DNA of 64,000 bases. Source: Macrostomum lignano (taxonomy: Eukaryota). The notes under the pieces were generated by a model. The model had not been told where the DNA came from. It did not search any database and was given only the letters and a program-made list of their open reading frames with translations. Of this stretch, positions 37,130-55,234 are shown one piece after another (position 1 is the first letter of the stretch; the number at the start of each line of letters is the position of its first letter). The stretch is taken from positions 323,013-387,012 of the forward strand of contig NIVC01000997.1 of the NCBI GenBank assembly GCA_002269645.1, in the 5' to 3' direction. The translations under genes and the position numbers were made by a program.

Positions 37130-37789
37130 AAAAAGTATAAAAGCCAAAGGAAAAAGGTAAAAATCAAGGTAAATTCATTCACTTGTTCTAACATTGTTGC
37201 AAGTTTATCTTGACGTGATAAAAAATAATCGATTTGCACAATTTAAATTCCCATGAAACAAACCCCGGATAAATAAATTGTTTGAGCCATAATTCGAGTA
37301 TATTTGTTATAAAACAACCATTTCACGAATTCCACCAGTCAGGGCAACTCTTGAAGCTTAATTCGATTTGAGAAACTAATAAGAAAATAAATACTGGCAA
37401 GTAAGTGTTTTCAAGTATATATTGAGAATGATGTTCAAGACTTGGTCAATTTTTTTCGAACAGTTAAGTAGAAATGAAAACATTTCATGCATACTACTGA
37501 TGAGTAGACTACTGAGAAGGAAATTGTATCTGATAGTGAAACGAAGGAGATCCCAGAAATACATAATCGAGAAATAAGTACATATTAAGAATCATACATT
37601 TGCACACACTCGTATGCAGCATTAAGGAGGCCGCGCGACCTCTGTAATCTCGGTAATGCCTAAGGACTTGAAATTTGAGTACTTAGTTAAACCACGAAAG
37701 AGACATTTATAACACGAAAGCAGACTAAAACAATTCTGGGCAAGCTAAATATTAAACTCCGCTTTTTCTAGAAGCCAGTCGACCGCGTG

Positions 37790-38412
37790 CTTGCAGGAAT
37801 GTCAGAAATGTCAGGAATGTCAGTAGTGTCAGGAATATATCAGGAAAGTCAGGATTGCAAAGATATCAGAAATGTGAGGAATGTAAGGAATGTCAAGAAT
37901 TTCAGGAATGTCAGGACTGGCAGGAATGTCAAGAGTGTCAGGAATGTCAAAATGTCAAGAATGTCAGGAATGTCAGGAATGTCAGGAATGTCAGGAATGT
38001 TAGGAATGTGTGGAATGTGTGGAATGTCAGGAATGTCAGGAATGTCAGGAATGTCAGGAATGTCAGGAATGTCAGGAATGTCAGGAATGTCAGGAATGTC
38101 AAGAATGTCAGGAATGTCAGGAATGTCAGGAATGTCAGGAATGTTAGGAATGTGTGGAATGTGTGGAATGTCAGGAATGTCAGGAATGTCAGGAATGTCA
38201 GGAATGTCAGGAATGTCAGGAATGTCAGGAATGTCAGGAATGTCAGGAATGTCAGGAATGTCAGGAATGTCAGGAATGTCAGGAATGTGTGGAATGTGTG
38301 GAATGTCAGGAATGTCAGGAATGTCAGGAATGTCAGGAATGTCAGGAATGTCAGAAATGTCAGGAATGTCAGGAATGTCAGGAATGTCAGGAATGTCAGG
38401 AATGTCAGGAAT
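37790..38412. repeat. 9-bp minisatellite (GGAATGTCA)n
   Basis: Pure tandem 9-mer; the MSG/ECQ/NVR repeat ORFs are artefacts. Confidence 0.97.
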
Positions 38413-38978
38413 GTGGGGATCGCTTACAAACACAAAGTTACTGAGGAATCGAACTCATGCAGATGTCAAACCATTGTACTTTTTTGAGCCCGCTAATCTG
38501 CATACTGTACACTAATCAATCACTAATTGGTCACAAGACTTCAGCAAAAGGAACTAAAACACAGTTATTAATAAACTTACCCCTCACAGACTTAAATATC
38601 TGAAAGACATGGCTTACGCTGAATAGCTTTTAGAACGCCAGTCCCATGACCAGTTTCCTGATCTCTGCAACTTGACTTGCTGATTCAACTTAACGATATT
38701 TAAACTGAACATGTAGATAGGCAGTATCTATATTTGGACTTTGGTAAAGCAGTGAACTCATATTTAGAGTAATGATTCATAAAGTTATTATCAAGTCTTG
38801 AATTACAAAAAAAACAAATTATACAAAGAAAAAATAACCGTCTTTAACGGTAAAAAATAGGTTTACCTGCATTCCTTGCCTCCATGCTTCTTGTTTTTTA
38901 TGATTAAATCTGATTAGCAAAGTATGTGAAGCAGGTGTTGGCAAACTCCGACCTGCAGTCCACATGCGGCCCACAAGG

Positions 38979-39730
38979 GTGCACGACCATTGACTGCCAC
39001 AATTTGACTGCCACAATTTGACTGCCACAATTTGACTGCCACAATTTGACTGCCACAATTTGACTGCCACAATTTGACTGCCACAATTTGACTGCCACAA
39101 TTTGACTGCCACAATTTGACTGCCACAATTTGACTGCCACAATTTGACTGCCACAATTTGACTGCCACAATTTGACTGCCACAATTTGACTGCCACAATT
39201 TGACTGCCACAATTTGACTGCCACAATTTGACTGCCACAATTTGACTGCCACAATTTGACTGCCACAATTTGACTGCCACAATTTGACTGCCACAATTTG
39301 ACTGCCACAATTTGACTGCCACAATTTGACTGCCAAAAAACACTCCAGGCTCTTTATTCCTAATCGTATTTATGCAAGGCTAGCAATGCTTTTACATGAG
39401 CAAAAATACAAGCTACATTTGGCTTTCTTATTAGGCCTAGTCCAAGCTAAAGTTAATGATACGCTAGCGCGCGGCTAGCTCTATAAACAGCATTCATGGA
39501 ACACAGCTACATGTGCAGGATCCGTTTGAACATTAGTAGATATACATGCACGTATTTTTGAAAGCCAAATGTAGCTTGCATTTTTGCTCATGTAAAAGCC
39601 TTGCTAGCCTTGCATAAATACGATCATGAACAAAGAGCTTGGAGTGTTTTTGGCAGTCATTTTTGGCAGTCAAATTGTCGGCAGTCAAATTGACCACAGT
39701 CGAATTGTGGCAGTCAATTGTCGTAGACCC
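38979..39730. mobile_element. Foldback-like element: long inverted arms with a subterminal 14-bp tandem repeat
   Basis: Left arm: GGTGCACGACCATTGACTGCC, then (AATTTGACTGCCAC) about 24 times, then a unique 39340-39430 segment. Right arm is the reverse complement (39560-39730) with about 5 degenerate copies, ending GGCAGTCAATTGTCGTAGACC. Confidence 0.75.
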
Positions 39731-39884
39731 ACAGAGCCTCTCTATCCGGCCCTCGGGTCCTTGGAAATTTCATAATAGCAATCCGGCCTGCTCAAGATTT
39801 GTGTCTATTCTCAGCTCTGTAATTCTCTTCTCTCACCTCTTCTCTCTCCCTCTCTCCCATCTTCTCTCCTCTCTCTTCGATTTC

Positions 39885-40170
39885 AAGTGCAGTCACATTA
39901 ATTTGGAGCTATATTGGGATCTCGGCTTGGCTCTGCTCGTGCAATTAACGCCCAGCTTGAGGGCCAACCGCCAAGGCACAGTGAAGTGTACATGAATAAC
40001 GATAAATAAAGTTAGGGCCGCTGTACACTCCTGTGTGAGTGTGTGCCTGTGCGTATGACTGCGTACGTATCCGCGCGCTTGTGTGCCTGCTCAGGGGAGT
40101 CGGCGGAACGGGCAGTAATGCCTCTCGCCGGTTGTGTGACAATGTCGCTTAAAGTGCACTAGGGTGCACA
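39885..40170 (+). mobile_element. tRNA-derived SINE family A (head missing)
   Basis: Near-identical to the reverse complement of 10010-10290. Confidence 0.8.
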
Positions 40171-40307
40171 CAGCCACCCTGCCTCTATAACAAAATCTAT
40201 TCTTTCATCTTCTCTCTCTCCTATCCTCTCTCCTCATATCTGGCCCGCAGCCATGAGCTTGAGTTTGCCGACTTCTGATGCAGAGGAGTTACATGTAAGC
40301 GACTCAC

Positions 40308-40568
40308 GAATCCTACAGATGCTGTTCACCACAAATTGGATTGGGATTCCCGGCGCATGTCAGGTAGCATAAAGATTGCGCCACTTCAATTTCACTATAG
40401 CCGTTGTTGCAGTAGCATTGGTTACTGTTCCGCACTCCAAAGCAGGTAAAGTTGCCTGCGACGCACGATTTGTAGCACAACTCCACTGTCATGACGGACG
40501 ACGTTGAGCTTGATCTGAAAAGATCTCTTGTTAGATTATAAGAGTCACTGAAGCCGCCAAATGTAGAC
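40308..40568 (-). pseudogene. WSC pseudogene (WSC-11), 5' end replaced by a minisatellite
   Basis: VYI(+T)GGFSD..RDL..MTVELCYKSCVAG..FG..QCYCNNGY..CAGNPNPICG, with a deletion before the conserved AGGATTC|GTGAGT donor. Confidence 0.8.
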
Positions 40569-40571
40569 ATG

Positions 40572-42085
40572 GTAGCGCCCCTGTCTCTTGGTTCTCTTGG
40601 GGGCGCCCCTGTCTCTTGGTGGGAGCCCCTGTCTCTTGGTTCTCTTGGGGGCGCCCCTGTCTCTTGGTGGTCGCCCCTGTCTCTTGGTTCTCTTGGGGGC
40701 GCCCCTGTCTCTTGGTGGGAGCCCCTGTCTCTTGGTGGGCGCCCCTGTCTCTTGGTGGGCGCTCCTGTCTCTTGGTGGGCGCCCCTGTCTCTTGGTGGGC
40801 GCCTCTGTCTCTTGGTGAGCGCCTCTGTCTCTTGGTGGGCGCTCCTGTCTCTTGATGGGCGTCCGTCTCTTGGTGGGCGCCCCTGTCTCTTGGTGGGCGC
40901 CCCTGTCTCTTGGTGGGCGCTCCTGTCTCTTGGTAGGCGTCCCCGTCTCTTGGTGGGCGTCCGTCTCTTGGTGGGCGCCCCTGTCTCTTGGGGGCGCCCC
41001 CGTCTCTTGGTGGGCGCCCCTGTCTCTTGGTGGGCGCTCCTGTCTCTTGGTGGGCGCCCCTGTCTCTTGGTGGGCGCCTCTGTCTCTTGGTGAGCGCCTC
41101 TGTCTCTTGGTGGGCGCTCCTGTCTCTTGATGGGCGTCCGTCTCTTGGTGGGCGCCCCTGTCTCTTGGTGGGCGCTCCTGTCTCTTGCTAGGCGTCCCCG
41201 TCTCTTGGTGGGCGTCCGTCTCTTGGTGGGCGCCCCTGTCTCTTGGTGGGCGTCCCTGTCACTTGGTGGGCGTCCCTGTCACTTGGTGGGTGTCTCTGCC
41301 TCTTGGTGGGTGTTCCTGTCTCTTGGTGGACGTCCCTGTCTCTTGGTGGGCGTCCCCGTCTCTTGGTGGGCGCCCCTGTCTCTTGGTGGGCGCCCCTGTC
41401 TCTTGGTGGGCGCCCCTGTCTCTTGGTGGACGTCCCTGTCTCTTGGTGGGTGGCTCCTGTCTCTTGGTGGGCGTCCCCGTCTCTTGGTGGACGTCCCTGT
41501 CTCTTGGTGGGCGTCCGTCTCTTGGTGGGCGGCTCCTGTCTCTTGGTGGGCGCCCCTGTCTCTTGGTGGGCGCCCCTGTCTCTTGGTGGACGTCCCTGTC
41601 TCTTGGTGGGTGGCTCCTGTCTCTTGGTGGGCGTCCCCGTCTCTTGGTGGACGTCCCTGTCTCTTGGTGGGCGTCCGTCTTTTGGTGGGCGGCTCCTGTC
41701 TCTTGGTGGGCGTCCCTGTCTCTTGGCGGGCGTCCCCGTCTCTTGGTGGGCGCCCCTGTCTCTTGGTGGGCGCCCCTGTCTCTTGGTTGGCGCCCCTGTC
41801 TCTTGGTGGACGTCCCTGTCTCTTGGTGGGCGTCCGTCTCTTGGTGGGCGGCTCCTGTCTCTTGGTGGGCGTCCCTGTCTCTTGGCGGGCGTCCCCGTCT
41901 CTTGGTGGGCGTCCCTGTCTCTTGGCGGGCGTCCCCGTCTCTTGGTGGGCGCCCCTGTCTCTTGGTGGGCGTCCCTGTCTCTTGGCGGGCGTCCCCGTCT
42001 CTTGGTGGGCGCCCCTGTCTCTTGGTGGGCGCCCCTGTCTCTTGGTTGGCGCCCCTGTCTCTTGGTGGACGTCCCTGTCCCTGTC
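40572..42085. repeat. About 20-bp GC-rich minisatellite (CGCCCCTGTCTCTTGGTGGG)
   Basis: About 1.5 kb tandem array; periodic ORFs in all frames. Confidence 0.97.
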
Positions 42086-42353
42086 TCTTAGCCATGACTA
42101 AGGGTTGGAAAAAGTTGAGCTGCTGTCATGTGTCGATAGAAATTGCTTACCCATTTCATCTAGTTTTTGGATGAGCGAAATATTTGTGGGCGATCGGGGC
42201 GCCGTGGTCCCAGCTGCCCTAAAAGTCTAAAAGCACAGGGCATGCGTCAAATATACACTGTACTACAAATCAAAAGTGATTGGTAAGACTACACTCCAAA
42301 GCTATAATAACTTTGTAATATTTTCTCGCAAGATTGAAGTTGAATTAATTTGC

Positions 42354-42586
42354 TTATAATTGCTGTTTATCAGTAGGCTGCATCTTCTTTTCCCACGTAA
42401 CCTTGGACACCATAGCAAAGGTGATAATTAGGCAAATCAATGCGGCGGTGAACAGAGCAAAAGGCAGGGCGATCATGTTGTTTAACAGGGTGGTCTCGCG
42501 CAAGTAGCCAACATAGCCAGCCTCCACTTCCAAGACGAAGAACTCCTCTTCGAGTTCGTCCAGCATTGTCAAATTGCTGCAGCTGG
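42354..42586 (-). other. Orphan terminal-exon-like segment encoding a single transmembrane helix
   Basis: Good acceptor TTTATTTCTTACAG (phase 1), then SCSNLTMLDELEEEFFVLEVEAGYVGYLRETTLLNNMIALPFALFTAALICLIITFAMVSKVTWEKK..*. No upstream exon found. Confidence 0.4.
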
Positions 42587-43387
42587 CTGTAAGAAATAAA
42601 TAAATTGTAAGTTATACCTATACAATTTTTTTTATCTCAAAGCTTAAATAATTAACATTAATATAATTAAATAACCATTCGATTACCAACCTGTTAGTGA
42701 AATAACTTCAATCCCTTAGATTAGAACTTCTTCAATTGTCGATGCTTTTTATGCCAGAAATTCTCGCTCAACTAAAACTGAGCAATCTTGGACTTGAGTA
42801 AACTTACAGCCTTGGTTAACCTTGGCTTAAAGTTTGTAAATAGTCTATGGCTCGCGGCTGTGTGATAGTCATTTTTCTAATTCTATTTTGAGTAGTAATA
42901 TTCGCGAAGAATTAATATTTTTGTGAAAGCTTGAACGATACGTGCATACGATTTTTTGGGATCATAATTTTATCCTATATCACCTTGACTTATCTCGTTA
43001 AAACTACCTATGCTCAGCTAATAACGGTCTTCGACTTAACGCGGAGTATTAACGCAGCTCACCAAGCTCATAAGATACAAAGCATAATCACCCCAACACC
43101 CGTGACCGACCTGACTTTTGATGAAATCAACACCGCCGTGCAAGCGTACCTAAAGCCAAAGAACATTCTAGGAGTTGAAGAAGTCCACCAGTTCTCTCGT
43201 GGAATTGCTTTTCGGTTCTAATTTCTGGACTCAAATGCAAACCAACAATAACTCTGGAGGCCAATCAAATCAATTAAGTCATTGATTAAGTCACTTCAGT
43301 CGGCTCCCGAAATCCTGGACTGTAAGAGGGTATTCGCGACCTGGAGCAGGTGGCAGCTTTAGTCTCTACAAAGTCAAGCCCCCTCAG

Positions 43388-43549
43388 CAGGGGCGTAGGG
43401 AGGGGGGATAGGGGGATGTATCCCCCCCGAAGAGCCTGACCAAAACTTTTTTGTTGCCCTTTGTTGCTATACATGCTACATGTGACTCTGTCATAGCACT
43501 TTTACCTTGGTGTATCCCCCCCGTAGGAAATTCCTGGCTACGCCCCTTG
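43388..43549. mobile_element. hAT-type MITE (162 bp)
   Basis: TIRs CAGGGGCGTAG...CTACGCCCCTTG with 8-bp TSD CCCCTCAG (43380-43387 and 43550-43557). Confidence 0.85.
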
Positions 43550-44567
43550 CCCCTCAGCCGGCTCCCTCGACCCTAGCACACTAAGCCCAACGTGCATAAT
43601 GGGCACCGGAGTGTCAACGACTGTCGTTACTGCGGTAAGAGTAAAATACATTTCGAATAAAATGCCCAGCGTTTGGCAAGCTTTGTTCGAAATGTGCTAA
43701 GAAAAATCACTTCGCCAGCGCATTTCGCTCGTCATCTTCACGACACTTCACGCCAAATTAAACAGAGAAAACTTTTATAAAAACGGAGTTCTATACTATA
43801 GCAACACCCAGTCATCAAAAGCCGATGTCATGTAAGGTAAAATATCTAAGACGCGGGATTTTTCAAGTTATCTATCTATATGTACGGTGCTATAGAAATG
43901 CTCATTCATTTCATTTTTATTCTCTCACTCTGTTTAATCTAAAACAGTTAAGACTGCTGATAACAGCTCAACGGTTAGGACAGAAAATTTCAAAAAAATA
44001 TGGCGTGATTCGAATTACTAAGCACTGTATTTCAGGTAGACAGGCAGTTGCCAAGTCGGTAAGTGAAAATTCAACCAGCAACTTATATTCTAGCCGGCAA
44101 CAGTGACCATTAGCGTCTACAATCTAGAAAGAAGCATGAACCACTGCCATTAAAACACATTAAATTAATTAAATTTGCGCACATACATTAAAAAAGAGCC
44201 TTTCAACGAAGATATCACAAAGATTTGCTTTGCTTGGAGTGTATTTTAATTTAAACGCCCAATCACAAAACACTAAAATGACGACAATGAAAGTGCCATG
44301 GTTTTTTGAAACTTTGTATACACGCAGGTTCGTAGAATTCGCAGAAGCCCTGTTTTTTGAAACCATTGGGACCCTAACTATACCTGTTTCAAGTTTTTAT
44401 TCCTTATTGATTCGTTTCAGAAAATGTACAACACGGGGTACAAAATGTATGTGTTCAGTAAATTAAATTTGAATAAAGCTTTCAAGTCAGAGATATGCAA
44501 CATGAATTGATTAGGTAATTTACCGAGAACTTTGTCAGACCTGCTCCGTTGAATTTATACATATTAT

Positions 44568-52470
<7,903 letters not shown>

Positions 52471-53346
52471 TCAGACTGCACAGTTATTTCTGCTGTCTAT
52501 TAAAAAACTATAAAATTGGAAACTTCCAATCCTCGAAAATGAAAGTTGCTTGTTTTATTGAACCTTTTTCACTTCGGTAACTTTCTCACCAACGGCTCTT
52601 CGACTTGGCAAAGCAGATAACACTGCTTTTACTGCTAAGAGGATCGCGATAAGCATTGGCAAATGACAGTGTTAGCCGAGTTGCTGCTGTGCCAGGCTGC
52701 AGTTCTGAGAATTTCATTCAGCTGTGCAGAGCTGACTAGCTGGCAGATAGTGAGCCGATACAAGCCAGGAGTTGTGACCAGTGTGGCCTGACACTAAAAC
52801 TCTCGCTCTTTCATTCGTGTTGTGTTTTTTTCTACCGAATAGTTATTAGTATGACGAAAGCAGACTCAGATTGAAAGCTATAGGCACAGTCAGTTAAAAA
52901 ATGACCTCCTCACTACCGGTATAATTTAGTTCATGCGTGCTAAGCGTGCCAGAGCATGTGATTATCGTATATTAATACCCAAGCATTCTATGATAGACGC
53001 TCATATCAATCACAATGACAGCTAGTGATGGCGGCCTGTGGAAGGAGCCCCACTCACCACCATAGACTATTTTTGTTTTCGACAAAATAAATTTCAGAAA
53101 TTTTCGTTCAGTTGATAGTCTTAAGTGCCCACTATTTGCGGGCGATTAATAGAGATTCGACCATAGACATCTTGTTGTTAGCGGTCGTTAATAAGTTAAC
53201 AGGCACAGATAATTTGCTCGCCAAGCAAACAGGCCATGTGGTACAATTGCATTTAAACGATTGGCCCCTAAAACAACAGCTTTAGAGACCGTTAAATGAA
53301 ACTGCGCCCCTTGTGCTGGCGCCTCTATATTAATACCCAAGCATTC

Positions 53347-53703
53347 AGGTGCTAAAGTCCCTGGTACTAAAGTCCCTGGTGCTAAAGCCCCTGGTGCTAA
53401 AGTCCCTGGTGCTAAAGTCCCTGGTGCTAAAGTCCCTGGTGCTAAAGCCCCTGGTGCTAAAGTCCCTGGTGCTAAAGTCCCTGGTGCTAAAGTCCCTGGT
53501 GCTAAAGCCCCTGGTGCTAAAGCCCCTGGTGCTAAAGTCCCTGGTGCTAAAGTCCCTGGTGCTAAAGTCCCTGGTGCTAAAGTCCCTGGTGCTAAAGTCC
53601 CTGGTGCTAAAGTCCCTGGTGCTAAAGTCCCTGGTGCTAAAGCCCCTGGTGCTAAAGCCCCTGGTGCTAAAGTCCCTGGTGCTAAAGCCCCTGGTGCTAA
53701 AGC
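53347..53703. repeat. 18-bp minisatellite (GGTGCTAAAGTCCCT-type)
   Basis: Tandem array; the LAPGT repeat ORF is an artefact. Confidence 0.95.
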
Positions 53704-55234
53704 CGCCAAATCTTGTTAACACCCACTTGTGTTGCATCGAAATAAATCAGGATTATCATAATCCTTAAACAGTTTCTCATCGGCACATTTAATCCATCGA
53801 AATGATCAAAATATAGTTTTTATTGAACATTAGAAGCATTAAGAAGATTATTTCGTAGTACAGTATAGAGATTAAGGCTTGCTAACTAAATCAAGCAACT
53901 ATTAGAGATCTAAATTTATAGCGCGCGTAACAATGACAAATAAATTATTTGTTCGCAAGCAGAACAAAATAATTTATTCTGACAAGGAGCCGTTTTTTTT
54001 AAAGAAAGCGTCCTTATAGATAGGGTTGCCTTTAGCAGAGAAGCGTTAGCAGCAGGGAAACTGTCCCTGGCTGCGTAAAAATAAATCAGACTTATAGAAA
54101 TAACATCACTAACGGCGCAAAATATAAGTGCATTCTAGACATTTTAGACACGCGAATTCAAAATAATGATACAGATTTAGAAGTTCAGCCATGTCTAAAA
54201 AATCATTTCTATTGATAAAACTGTAACATAAAAAATTAACGAAAAAACGCTTAGGCCTTCAATTTAAAATATTATTCAGCAGTTTAGCCAATCGACTGGA
54301 TTCAGATAAACAAAGCGTGTTTTCATTAATAGCAAAAATAGACAGAAAATGAAAGTTCTTGTCATAATTAGCAGCAGTGTATCAGAAGCGGCACAAAATT
54401 CGAATATTTAATTACACGATATTTCATTTTCTTTAAGCCATTTCAGATATAAGCTAGTATAACAAAATATTTATTGGGATACTTAAAAAATCAAATTTGT
54501 AAATAGAAAAAGAAAGCAACAAAAACTAACGAAAGAGGAAACGCAGCAGCATAGATTGTGCTTTCTTGGAAAATAAAGTGCTGAAAGGAACACGCACACA
54601 CAACAGCAGCAGTAGTTCAGTTTAAAACAAAATTACAAAAAGGCTGACGGAAAAATCCAACCAATCAAAGTCTATACGTGTACACGCTAGTCTGAACTTA
54701 AAACGATTCTGTTTAGCTATTAAAACAACAATGGACGGCTGTCTAAAAGCTACGAATTATCTAAAATGTTACTACAACAACGTCAGGAACATATAAAGAA
54801 CTGTCTGTTACTTGCAATAGTTTAAACGATTCTCTTAAATTATCATCATTTTGATATACTACTAGCAGTATACTTAGATTTACCACAGACAGTCTTGGCG
54901 TTTCAGGCCCCGCCCGCTAGATTTTCACTAAATCAATAGGCTTTTGGTCATAGACATTCTTAGCTGGTGGCTTGCTATGCCATTCAGCCTCGTTTTAACA
55001 CGTATAGGTAGACGACTAAAACTCATTTTATAACCATCGAACGCTCCTAATTACTCAGTCTATGGTCAAAAGCTATATAACTGTCTGGACCAGAGATTAT
55101 CGAGTGTGAAAACTGTCACAGGCTAGTTTTGAACATTGTAGCTTGCACTGGTATACTACATATCAAAATCGCGAGGTTTTAAGCTTCTCAAACTGCAAAA
55201 AGACATCAACGTAGCGACCAATCAAAGGTCAAGG

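Noticed and set aside
37787-39343. Repetitive proteins (MSG/ECQ/NVR and QSNCGSQIVAVKLW ORFs)
   Set aside because: Open in several frames and on both strands because of pure 9-bp and 14-bp tandem repeats.
40569-42174. Long ORFs, CRISPR-like array or collagen-like gene
   Set aside because: Contiguous minisatellite with no unique spacers, in a eukaryotic context. The same applies to 5.2, 12.6, 19.6, 53.3 and 57.7 kb.
42931-43221. Small membrane-protein gene
   Set aside because: Starts at a non-ATG codon; DLTFDEINTAVQAYLKPKNILGVEEV looks more like a decayed LINE ORF2 fragment.
11000-44000. piRNA cluster next to the piwi copy
   Set aside because: TE fragments occur on both strands without clear bias and are mixed with intact genes; this cannot be supported without small-RNA data.
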